NCBI GenBank assembly: GCA_031362565.1
Contig: JANLSU010000046.1
Span: 1 to 27,585 of the forward strand
Direction: 5' to 3'
Length of the DNA: 27,585 nucleotides
From: a bacterium
Lineage (GTDB): Bacteria > Krumholzibacteriota > Krumholzibacteriia > G020349025
Made by a program: the position numbers and the translations under genes. Position 1 is the stretch's first letter, and each line of letters opens with the position of its first letter. Below the pieces are notes generated by a model. That model ran no database searches and was not told where the DNA came from. It worked only from the letters and a program-made list of their open reading frames with translations. This document shows, piece by piece, positions 16,201 to 24,643 of this stretch.

Positions 16201-17550
16201 AAACGGCGCCACCGGCGGCACGGTGATCGACGGTGGTAAACCGCTCAACACCAGGACTGCGGAGCTGCCGACCGACACCGCGTGGCTTGCGACGTTGTCC
16301 GTCTCATCGCTCTCGGGAATCGTATTGCCGGGATCGACGCGCACGCGCACCGGCTGGAAACCCGGGTCCGTGAAGCGCCAACTGCAGGCCACCTCGGTCG
16401 TGGAACGAGGTCCCATCGAAGCCAGAGTGCGCTCGGCGATGATCAGTCCAAACACATTTTCGATGCGGACCCGGACGTCGTGTGCCGAACGATCGGATCG
16501 GTTCTCGATGCGGGCCACGATTGCGGTCATGGTATTGACCGGCGGATCGCCGGGCACGACGCGAATATCCTCCGCATGCACGACGAGATTGGGCCACTCG
16601 CCGGTCACGAAGAGTGAATCATGCCAGGCCGTCGCGCTGCCCGGCACCGCGGCACCGTGCGCGTCCACGGCGGCGAATCGATAGTGGTAGCGGCCGCCCG
16701 GCGGCGCGCCGAGGGCCACGTCATAGCGGTACTCCTTGCCGTTCGTAAGGGTGGAATCCTGGTCCGCGGACGACATCGTGAACGCGCCCTCGCCCGGATC
16801 CAGCGCGTCACCATCGGCATTGGCGTCCAGTTCGAGGCGTGGCGATCCCGCCGCCGGCACGAGCCCGTCGGAATTCGCAAAGACGACGCGGAAATGGAAC
16901 AGGTCGCCGGGCTGGCCCTGGTGTGGCTCGACCCCGCGGTTGCCGTTGTAACCGGGCAGTTGGGAGTAGTCGAGATCCTGTGGCGCCCGCTGCTCCAGTC
17001 GGAAATGCCCTCCCACCGCCTCGACTTTGGAATACTCCGGAAGATTGCAGCGCGTGAAAATCGGCGTCGCAAAGTTGGGGTTCGTAGGTGGATTGCCGCC
17101 GACAACGATCAAATCATGTGGCGCCACGACCGAGGTCGCGATCACCACCGCGGTATAGAGAAGAACCTGCCCTTCCGTTGCGCCGGTGCAAAACGAAAAG
17201 GCGATGTTGGCGCGCTGGGCGCCGTTCACAACCCGAAATGGATCGCCAAGCGTGATCACGGCCGCCGGGTTCGCTGCCACGAACACCTGCCAACCGTCCG
17301 GGAACCCACTAACGCTGAATTCGGCGCCGGTAATGCCGTCGGCCGTTTCGCCGTCCAGCGTGGCGATGATGTACAGCGTGCGCGGCACGCCGATCGCGAA
17401 CGTGGCACTCGTTCGCGTCCCAGAGAGATCCGAGTAGAGTCCAATCGTGCCGTTTGCTTCGAGCGCCGTCGCCACCGTCGCACCCGGGCCAACACCGAAC
17501 GCCAACGCCGCCAGCGCTACACCCACTGCAAACTGTCTAGCAAGGATCAT
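13297..17550 (-). CDS. Large secreted CARDB-repeat protein with FlgD-Ig/sorting-like C-terminus (paralog A, 1417 aa)
   Basis: GGAGG precedes the ATG at 17550 and there is a signal peptide. About 7 CARDB-like units carry DP.N...E.DE.(D/N)N motifs. The tail reads PNPF...WDARD..GRRVPAGVYFCRF. Confidence 0.88.
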   Translation of the reverse strand: MILARQFAVGVALAALAFGVGPGATVATALEANGTIGLYSDLSGTRTSATFAIGVPRTLYIIATLDGETADGITGAEFSVSGFPDGWQVFVAANPAAVITLGDPFRVVNGAQRANIAFSFCTGATEGQVLLYTAVVIATSVVAPHDLIVVGGNPPTNPNFATPIFTRCNLPEYSKVEAVGGHFRLEQRAPQDLDYSQLPGYNGNRGVEPHQGQPGDLFHFRVVFANSDGLVPAAGSPRLELDANADGDALDPGEGAFTMSSADQDSTLTNGKEYRYDVALGAPPGGRYHYRFAAVDAHGAAVPGSATAWHDSLFVTGEWPNLVVHAEDIRVVPGDPPVNTMTAIVARIENRSDRSAHDVRVRIENVFGLIIAERTLASMGPRSTTEVACSWRFTDPGFQPVRVRVDPGNTIPESDETDNVASHAVSVGSSAVLVLSGLPPSITVPPVAPFMMNGNAAYSVGAMPHAVVSGAQVVCAPSWDASQTTRTDAAGNFRAGFTPPAVLGSYRLSFVVRDGARTDSSIVSVQVTSILGQQPPHLANLALHLEAALGAGCPATVAAITWSVTNQGDRTSEATTVRLLADGVELAGELALGALAPGATVALDPLEVPVSGSGLRSFTAQIDPDNARREFRKDDNAAAASVVVPPGCLDLALERAQFTASPFCSSTNVPFTIRVVNRGCVASSSARVACHSDGGEIATAALDALAPGAAAEVSFAEAFELTCHELDFVLDPEHVAGTDCEAGNNTLTASLCVGHCDVPPLPPRPNFHVESCDIHVTNAAPALGEELQFQSWISNSGPGDATLPVNVRFTVDDSVIGGVAVPIGPLHPGSRVLATSPGVWAADFAPHVVTVAIDPAGQAEPDTLDNSAFRVLPWNLRPQVITRCPNPNSMFSACAPCPDTPVDIRAVVLNDGLFDCDSVQVDFRDESHGGAVIGTAVAANVRGGSTCGGVIAPVHVTHTFTDGLYHVAAVIDPQNAWPESDETDNAFAQDLNVGCIVTIDLVPTIHFPPGFTPQVGDTVRAVDVQVANHGTGRARDVEARLQLDHVTLCDLSMGDILPGASNTVQCTTPWVVTEPLGAQQLEACADPNNRIFESDETNNCTHRGASGGPSDLAIYSSSIHITPTNPSAGEPVLIEVGVYNQNDVESTCSLLAEWLSETGYLPITSVTLRVPAGPLYFPNALTVFWQVPSANVGLRFRLLNVAPEDTDLSNNTATGTLPWFVVPSAPVTVSDLGAESVTDGVLLHWRAEPSVESFRLERRRAGEVAWMRLPDAVPALSSAHSGRYEVLDRTAEPGVHLEYQIVGRFAGGREEAVGLLSWLYDRTALFALQLHPVRPNPFRPGAAFEFSLPQSRQVDLGVFDAAGRRVATLRHGLEGQGRHAAAWDARDTTGRRVPAGVYFCRFVSGAFQQTRRVILIR

Positions 17551-17581
17551 ACTGGCCTCCAATGGCTCTCTCGATCACGCG

Positions 17582-20500
17582 CTAACGCATGAGCACCACG
17601 CGGCGCGTTTGCTGGAATGAACCAGCGACAAACCGGCAGAAGTAGACTCCCGCTGGGACCCGTCGACCGGTCGCATCGCAACCATCCCACGCCACCGTGT
17701 GGCGGCCCGCCGGCTCCGGACCATGGCGCAAGGCCGCAACGCGCCGTCCCGCGGTATCGAAGACGCACAGATCGATGCTGCGCGCGCCCGGCAGCGAGAA
17801 CTCGAACGCGCCTCCCGGGCGGAACGGGTTGGGACGCACCGGGTGCAATTGCAGGGCGAACAGGCCGGCGCGGTCGTAGGTCCACGACAGGAGGCCGACG
17901 GCTTCTTCCCTGCCGCCCGCGAAGCGTCCGATGAGCCGGTATTCGACATGCGCCCCGGGCTCGGCGGTGTCATCCAGAACTTCGTAACGCGCCGTGTTCG
18001 AGACCGATCGGGCCGGCACGGCGTCCGGCAGGCGAGTCCATGCCATGTCACCGGCGCGACGGCGCTCGAGCGCAAAGGACTCGACGCTCGGTTCCGCACG
18101 CCAATGCAGCAGCACGCCATCCGGCGTCGACTCGGCGCCGAGATCGCTCACCGTGACCGGCGTGTTGTTGGGAATGAACCACGGCAGCGTACCGTACACG
18201 ACGTTGTCCCCGGTGGACTGATCCGCCGGGCACATGTTCAGCAGCTGAAAACGCAGCGAGAGACTTGCGAACGGCGTCGTCCACACGATCCGCGCCGCAT
18301 TCACAAGGTGGATGGGTCCGGGCGGCACGCGCAGCGGCACGCTCCCGACCGGCAAGTAGACCCCGCCGATCGCTGCGGTCGTCCACTCGACCGTCAGCAG
18401 ACACGTCGTCTCGACATTGTTGAAGTTGTAGACATCGACGTCGATCACAACCGGCTGGCCGGCCGCCGGATTCGTCGGCGTGATGCGAATCGCAAACGGA
18501 GAGAGTCCCACATCGCTCGGGCCACCGGGCCCGACGCCGGCGGTGGCGCAATTGTTGCTTTCATTTGTTTCGCCGATGCGGCCGTTCGGATCGGCGCACG
18601 CCTGTAACTGCTGCGAGCAGAGCGGCGCCGCGACCACCCATGGCGTCGTGCACCGCACCGTACTCGAACCGCCAGCCGCAAGATTGCCCATCTGCAGGTC
18701 GCAGAGCGTCACCTGATTGAGCTGCAGCCGCGCCTCGACACCGAAAGCGCTGCCGGTTCCGTTGTTCGTCACTTGCACATCGACGGCCCGCACGGTGTCA
18801 CCCACCTGCGGCGTGAATCCGGGCAAGAAATGGATCGCTGACACGAGATCGACCGTCAGTGCGCACCCCACCTGCAGATCCTGGGTGTAGACGTTGTCGG
18901 CCTCGTTGGTCTCACTCCAGGCGTTGTGCGGATCGACGACGGCGGCCACGCGGTAGAGGCCGGCCGGGAACGCTTGTGTGATGTGAACCGGCGCAACCGT
19001 AGCCGCGCAGGCATTTCCGCCTCGCACATCGACCGCAAAGGCAGTGCCGATCAGCGCACCGCCCTGCAACTCGTCGCGGAAGTCGACCCGTACAGAGTCG
19101 CAATCGAGCAGGCCGTCGTTGACTACGACAGCCCGAATATCGATGTCCGTGCCGGCGCACGGCCCACAGGACGAGAACATCGCCGTTGCATCCGGACAGC
19201 GCGCGATCGCCTGGGGATGCAAATTCCACGGCAGGATGCGCGTGGCGACGAGATCAAAGGCGTCATTCGGCGGTTGAGCCGGCACCGTAACGGTCACCGT
19301 CAAAAGATGCGGGGCGAAATTCGCCGCCCACAGGCCCGGCGACGTCGCGAGGACCCGGTCCCCTGCCTGCAGCGGGCCAATAGGGATAGCGCCGCCGCCG
19401 ATCACGACGCCATCGACGTCGAACCGCACGCTGACCGGCTGGGTTGCGTTCCCCGGCCCGATGTTCGAAATCCAAGCCTGGAACCGTACCTGTTCACCGA
19501 GCGCTGGGTGCGAGTTGGTGATTTGCAGGTCGCAAGATTCGACACGGAAGGTGGGCGACGGCAACACCCCGCAGTCGGTGACACAAAGACTCGCGGTGAG
19601 GTCGTTGCTGCGGGTGTCGCAGTCCGTGCCGGCTGCGCCCTCGGGGTCGAGGCCGAATTCCAGTTCTTGGCAGGAAGCGCCGAACGGTCGCGAGAAAGAC
19701 ACCTCCATCGTTGCGCCCGGTGCGAGGGCGCCGAGCGCACTCGTTGCGATCTCCACTCCACCGACGCGGCACGCGACGCGCGCCGGCGCCGACGCGACAC
19801 AGCCGCGGTTCACCACCCGGGCCCCCCAAAGGACTGAAGCGGAGGCACAGAACGGGCTCGACGTAATGAAACGCGCCTGATCAAGCGCCAAATCAAGGCA
19901 ACCGGGCGGTACCACGACACTCGCGGCCGCCGCGTTGTCATCCTTACGAAATTCATGCAGCGCATTGCTTGGATCGACATGCGCCGTAAAGGAATGCAGG
20001 CCGGAGCCCGAGACTGGGACCTGAACCGGGGCGAGTACGACAGTCGCGCTGGGTGCGACGGCACCCAGTGCAATCTGGCTCGCAACCGCCACCCCGTCGG
20101 ACAGCAATCGCACCGTTGTAGGAACCGATGCCCGGTCCCCACGATTCGTAACCGACCACGAAATCGCCGTCGTCGTCGCCGGACATCCAGCGCCCAGCGC
20201 GGCGCCAACACTCAGGACCAAATTGGCGAGATGGGGCGCCTGCTGGCCCGCGAACGGTGACACTTGCACGCTCACAATCGACGAATCGGTGCGGGCACCG
20301 TCGCGCACCACGAATGACAAACGATAGGTACCCGGAACAGCAGGCGGCGTAAACGCGGCGTGAAATTCGCCCGCGGCATTGGTATAGGTTGTTTGCGAGG
20401 CTTCCCAGGAGGGCGAGCACACTACTCGGGCGCCACTCACTACGGAAGGCGGCAGCGCCCCAACCGTGTAGGCCGCGTTGCCGTTGAGCGTAAAAGGCGC

Positions 20501-21823
20501 CACCGGCGGCACCGGAACGTTCGGCGGCAACCCGCCGATCATGATGATCCCAGAGCCGGCGACATAGATCGCATGCGTTGCGACATTGTCGGTCTCGTCG
20601 CTCTCCAGAATCGCATTCCCCGGATCGACGCGAACTCGCACGGGCTGGAAACCCGCGTCCGCGAAACGCCAAGTGCCGGCGACTTCGGTCACGGATCGCG
20701 GCCCCATCGTCGAGAGCAGGCGCTCGACGATCGTCTGCCCGAAGACGTTCTCGATCCGAACCGTAACGCCGTTCACCTGACGGTCGGATCGATTCTCGAC
20801 CCGCGCCACGATCCCGGCGACGGCATTCGCACTTGGATTGAAGGGCAGAATGCGGATGCCCTCGGCATGCACGACGAGATTGGCGAGTTCACCGCTGACG
20901 AAGAGCGAATCGTGCCACGCCGTCGCAACGCCCGGCACGGCGGCACCATGGGCGTCCGTGGCGGTGAACCGGTAGTGGTAGCGGCCGCTCGGCGGCGCCC
21001 CGAGGGCGACGTCATAGCGGTACTCCTTGCCGTTCGTCAGAGTCGAATCCTGGTCCGCGGACAAGAGTGTGAACGCACCCTCGCCCGAGTCCGACGCGTC
21101 GCCATCGCCATTGCCGTCCAACTCGAGCCGCGGCGATCCCGCCGCCGGCAAGAGGCCGTCAGAGGTCGAATAGATGGCGCGGAAGTGGAACATGTCACCC
21201 GGCAGGCCCTGGTGCGGCTGGACTCCACGCCGCCCGTCATAGCCGGGCAACTGCGAATAGTCGAGATCCTGCGGGGCGCGCACGTCGAGATGGAAACTCC
21301 CCCCGAGAGCTTCCACCTTGGAAAACTCCGGAGAATCGCAGCGCGTAAAGAAGGGCATCGGAAAGGTGGCATTGCTCGGTGGGTTTCCCCCGAGCACGAT
21401 CAGATCGCGCGGCGCCACGACCGACTGCGCAATGACGACCGCAGTGTAGAGGAGAACGTGCCCGCCGGTTCCAGGGGCGCAATTCGCGAAAGCGATATTG
21501 GCGCGCCGAGCGCCTCCGGAAACGCGAAACGGATCGCCGAGCACGACGTTGGCTGACGGGTTGGGCGTCAAAAAGACGAGCCAGTCGTCCGGCATCCCGT
21601 CGACGCGGAATTCGGCGCCCGTAATGCCTCCGGCCGTTTGACCGTCGAGCGTCGCGACGATGTAGATGGTGCGCGGCACACCAATCGAGAAACTGCCGCT
21701 CGTCTGGGTGGCGGAGAGGTCGGCGTAGACCCCGATGGTGCCGTTTGTGCCCTGCGCGGCAACCGTGCCGGTGCTAAGAGCCACGGCGGCGATGACTGCT
21801 GCAACCGATTGCATCAATTTCAT
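17582..21823 (-). CDS. Large secreted CARDB-repeat protein with FlgD-Ig/sorting-like C-terminus (paralog B, 1413 aa)
   Basis: GGAGG precedes the ATG at 21823 (MKLMQSVAAV..., a signal peptide). The protein is colinear with paralog A over its full length. Confidence 0.88.
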   Translation of the reverse strand: MKLMQSVAAVIAAVALSTGTVAAQGTNGTIGVYADLSATQTSGSFSIGVPRTIYIVATLDGQTAGGITGAEFRVDGMPDDWLVFLTPNPSANVVLGDPFRVSGGARRANIAFANCAPGTGGHVLLYTAVVIAQSVVAPRDLIVLGGNPPSNATFPMPFFTRCDSPEFSKVEALGGSFHLDVRAPQDLDYSQLPGYDGRRGVQPHQGLPGDMFHFRAIYSTSDGLLPAAGSPRLELDGNGDGDASDSGEGAFTLLSADQDSTLTNGKEYRYDVALGAPPSGRYHYRFTATDAHGAAVPGVATAWHDSLFVSGELANLVVHAEGIRILPFNPSANAVAGIVARVENRSDRQVNGVTVRIENVFGQTIVERLLSTMGPRSVTEVAGTWRFADAGFQPVRVRVDPGNAILESDETDNVATHAIYVAGSGIIMIGGLPPNVPVPPVAPFTLNGNAAYTVGALPPSVVSGARVVCSPSWEASQTTYTNAAGEFHAAFTPPAVPGTYRLSFVVRDGARTDSSIVSVQVSPFAGQQAPHLANLVLSVGAALGAGCPATTTAISWSVTNRGDRASVPTTVRLLSDGVAVASQIALGAVAPSATVVLAPVQVPVSGSGLHSFTAHVDPSNALHEFRKDDNAAAASVVVPPGCLDLALDQARFITSSPFCASASVLWGARVVNRGCVASAPARVACRVGGVEIATSALGALAPGATMEVSFSRPFGASCQELEFGLDPEGAAGTDCDTRSNDLTASLCVTDCGVLPSPTFRVESCDLQITNSHPALGEQVRFQAWISNIGPGNATQPVSVRFDVDGVVIGGGAIPIGPLQAGDRVLATSPGLWAANFAPHLLTVTVTVPAQPPNDAFDLVATRILPWNLHPQAIARCPDATAMFSSCGPCAGTDIDIRAVVVNDGLLDCDSVRVDFRDELQGGALIGTAFAVDVRGGNACAATVAPVHITQAFPAGLYRVAAVVDPHNAWSETNEADNVYTQDLQVGCALTVDLVSAIHFLPGFTPQVGDTVRAVDVQVTNNGTGSAFGVEARLQLNQVTLCDLQMGNLAAGGSSTVRCTTPWVVAAPLCSQQLQACADPNGRIGETNESNNCATAGVGPGGPSDVGLSPFAIRITPTNPAAGQPVVIDVDVYNFNNVETTCLLTVEWTTAAIGGVYLPVGSVPLRVPPGPIHLVNAARIVWTTPFASLSLRFQLLNMCPADQSTGDNVVYGTLPWFIPNNTPVTVSDLGAESTPDGVLLHWRAEPSVESFALERRRAGDMAWTRLPDAVPARSVSNTARYEVLDDTAEPGAHVEYRLIGRFAGGREEAVGLLSWTYDRAGLFALQLHPVRPNPFRPGGAFEFSLPGARSIDLCVFDTAGRRVAALRHGPEPAGRHTVAWDGCDATGRRVPAGVYFCRFVAGSFQQTRRVVLMR

Positions 21824-21907
21824 GGCGGCCTCCAAGGCCAAATCCGGCGCGTCAAGAGCCAAAGCCTGCGCGCAGGCCCACGTCGAAAGGGTCCTTGGTG
21901 TGCTGGA

Positions 21908-21936
21908 AGTGTAACGCGGACGCCGCGGAGGGTCAA
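21908..21936 (-). promoter_or_regulatory. Putative sigma-70 promoter for the CARDB gene pair
   Basis: Minus strand reads TTGACC, a 17-nt spacer, then TACACT, about 85 nt before the ATG at 21823. Confidence 0.6.
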
Positions 21937-22020
21937 GCGAGTCGACCCCTGGCAGGTGGAGCAAGGCGCCGGGTATCCTCCAGAGTCCGGCCGCGGACCC
22001 CCCTTGGAGAGGATGTACGC

Positions 22021-22443
22021 ATGATCGCCGGCGTCGAGATACGCCCGTTGCGCAGGATCGAAGACGCGCGTGGGTGGTTCGTGAAAATCTTGCAGCAGCG
22101 CCACTTACAGGGACTGCCCTTTGGCGAGGTCTACCTCTCGGTGGGAGCGCCCGGCGAAACCCGGGCCAATCACTTTCACGAGCGCACGACGGAGTGGTTT
22201 TCTCCGGTGAGCGGCCGCGGCACCCTCTACATGGCCGAGACCGCCGGCACGGCGCGGATGAGCGTCCGCATGGACGTCGCAGCACCCGTTTCGGTGCGCG
22301 TACCGCCGCGTGTCGCGCACTCGCTGGTCGCCGACCCGGATGCCGATTTGGCGGTGCTGGCGGTGGCCGACGTGGAATACGACCCGCAGGACACCGATAC
22401 CTTCCCGGTCGAGTTCGAGCGCATTCGTGGCGGACCGGCGTGA
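22021..22443 (+). CDS. Cupin-fold sugar-nucleotide isomerase/epimerase-like protein (WxcM/FdtA/RmlC-like)
   Basis: GGAGAGGA precedes the ATG. Motifs EDARGWF, PGETRANHFH..TTEWF and VPPRVAHSL. Confidence 0.8.
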   Translation: MIAGVEIRPLRRIEDARGWFVKILQQRHLQGLPFGEVYLSVGAPGETRANHFHERTTEWFSPVSGRGTLYMAETAGTARMSVRMDVAAPVSVRVPPRVAHSLVADPDADLAVLAVADVEYDPQDTDTFPVEFERIRGGPA

Positions 22444-23693
22444 GCGTACCGCAGCCGACAACGCCGGGCCAGCCTGTGGCGGCCAAACGTCGCCTGCGCA
22501 TCCTCATGGTGAGCCCCTATTGGGATCCGGTGACGGGCGGCGGCGAACGCGTGCTCAAACGGAGCGCGATGGCGCTTCGCGACCGCGGCCATCACGTCGA
22601 TATCCTGACCCTCAATACCGACGAGCGAATGCGCGGCATCTGGCGCCGCGAGGACCTCGTCTGGGAAGGACTGCGCGTCGTGAAGTGGCCGGCCTGGAGC
22701 CTCATCCCGGCGACCATGCACGGCTTCGACTTGTTCGTGCACAAGGTGCAGAATCATCTCTTCCCGTGGAAGTACGTCGTCAAGTACTGGTACGGGCCCG
22801 GCTTCGCGCGCCTTGCCGAGGGCTATGACGTAATCCAACTCCACAACGACATCGAACTGGGGTTCTTCTGGCTGTTGCGCAACGTGCGGACACCCAAGGT
22901 CGTCTGGTGCCACACACTCGACGTCACCTACCGGTTTCACTACCGGGAGCACCGCGTGACGCGGGACGTGTTCCGCCACGCCGGCGACTTCTATCTAACC
23001 GGCTGCACATCGACGATTGCATCCTTGCGCGCGTTGGAAGTGCCTACAGAGCGCATTGGCACCGTGCACTATGGGGTCGACGAGGTGACGTTCCATCCGG
23101 AGTCCGGCTTGAAGGAGCCGCGGACGATCCTGTTCGTGGGCGCATTGCAGGAGCACAAGGGCGCGCTCGTGCTGCTGCAAGCGTTGCAGCATTTGAAGAA
23201 ACCGGCACGGGTCGTCTTGCTGACGATCTCGCGCGACCCAGCGTATGGCGAGGCGTTTGCGAAAGCGCTCGCGGCCGAGGAAGCGCGTGGCTTCCACAAG
23301 ATCGAGCACTTGCCCGATTTGCGCGACCAGGGGCGCCTGGTCCGCGCCTACCAATCGGCGACCGTCTTCGCCACTCCGTCCTTGGAATCGGTCTTCGAAC
23401 TGGTGAACCTGGAAGCACTCGCCTGCGGCACGCCGGTCGTGGCATCGCGCGTCGGCGGCTTCCCGGACTTGATCCGGGATGGTGAGAACGGCTTTCTGGT
23501 GCCGCCGGGTGATCCGAAGGCGCTGGCCGAGCGGTTGGACTTCGTTTTGGATGATGCGGCGCTGGCGCGGCGCTTGGGAGAGGAAGGGCGCGCGACGATT
23601 CTGCGGGACTTTACTTGGACGCGGGTCGGGGAGAAGCTGGAGGCGTGCTATGCGGCGCTTCCGTCCTCTCCAGCAACAGCTCGACGACCTTGA
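22440..23693 (+). CDS. Glycosyltransferase family 4 (GT-B fold)
   Basis: GTG start overlaps the cupin stop (GTGA). Motifs LRILMVSPY..P..GGGE, ILFVGAL..HKG and PS..ESVFELVNLEALACGTPVVASRVGG. Confidence 0.93.
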   Translation: MSVPQPTTPGQPVAAKRRLRILMVSPYWDPVTGGGERVLKRSAMALRDRGHHVDILTLNTDERMRGIWRREDLVWEGLRVVKWPAWSLIPATMHGFDLFVHKVQNHLFPWKYVVKYWYGPGFARLAEGYDVIQLHNDIELGFFWLLRNVRTPKVVWCHTLDVTYRFHYREHRVTRDVFRHAGDFYLTGCTSTIASLRALEVPTERIGTVHYGVDEVTFHPESGLKEPRTILFVGALQEHKGALVLLQALQHLKKPARVVLLTISRDPAYGEAFAKALAAEEARGFHKIEHLPDLRDQGRLVRAYQSATVFATPSLESVFELVNLEALACGTPVVASRVGGFPDLIRDGENGFLVPPGDPKALAERLDFVLDDAALARRLGEEGRATILRDFTWTRVGEKLEACYAALPSSPATARRP

Positions 23694-24466
23694 AGTTCGT
23701 GAGCGCCCAGTTGACCGCCTGGCGCAACCCTGGAGGACGAACCATCGCGCCGAGCACCGCGTGTTGGGTAATGCGCGGATGCTCTCCGGCAACCAACCGC
23801 GACTGGAACCCGCGGCGCTCGAAGGTGTCGCGCACCTCTTGGATTGGTCGATAGAACGTGTGTTCTAAACTGTAGTCGTAGTAGCGTTGCACCTTGTCGC
23901 GTAGGCTTTCCTCCACCCACTTTGGTTCGACGCCAGCCGCGACGTAGGCCCGCATGACCAGACGCCGCAGCCGATTCTTGGGCAGCCAATGGATGAACGG
24001 CATGTTCAGGTGCTGTTCTACCACCCCGCGTCGGGCCGGGAATACGTGCAGACCACAGCTCGGAGTGGCAGTGAGGCGGCGGAACTCCCGGGCTACGGCA
24101 TCCAGATCAACCACGTGCTCCAGCACCGTTTCTGAGAACAAGAAATCAATGCTCGCGTCGGGGACGTCGAGCCGCCCGTCACTCGATCACATGCAAGCAA
24201 GACGCGTCGCCGGGCGTGCTTGCCTCAACAAAATAACGGCGGCCGTTTTCGATGGATTCGGCGTCGATGTCGGCACCCGCCGCATTGTAACCAAGCTGAC
24301 GTAGACGAACGACGGCTTGGCCACGCCCGCATCCCCAATCGAGAACGCGTATATCGTTTTTCGCGCGTCCGTAGCGACGACCAAAGAGTTCCAGATAGCG
24401 CACGAATTCGCTGTTCAGGTGATAGTTGGCGACATCGCGATCGGTCAACGGCCTGAACACTGTCAT
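23611..24466 (-). pseudogene. Class I SAM-dependent methyltransferase split by a frameshift near 24180-24189
   Basis: The N-terminal half has motif I (VLDWGCGRG) and stops at TGA 24179-24181. The +1 frame continues SDGRLDVPDASIDFLFSETVLEHVVDL to the stop at 23611. Confidence 0.75.
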
Positions 24467-24643
24467 GCTGCACCCCCGATGAGTATCCGTTCGGTGAATG
24501 TGCCTGATTGTGCGTGTGCGCTCCCGCCCGGAGAGTAGATCGCCTCGCTGACCGCTTTGCAAGCCCCCACCCTTCGATCCGACGCGTGCCCGTCATCAAG
24601 GCGGTCGAGGCTGTGCTAGGGTATTGTGGGGTTCGTTTTTCCA

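Noticed and set aside
21824..22507. N-terminal extension of the 1641-aa ORF 17582..22507
   Set aside because: It is Arg/Pro-rich shadow translation overlapping the cupin and GT4 genes. The RBS, signal peptide and alignment with the paralog all place the start at 21823.
24179..24181. Selenocysteine readthrough of the methyltransferase TGA
   Set aside because: In-frame readthrough gives RAARRPRREH and then another stop. The methyltransferase motifs continue in a different frame.
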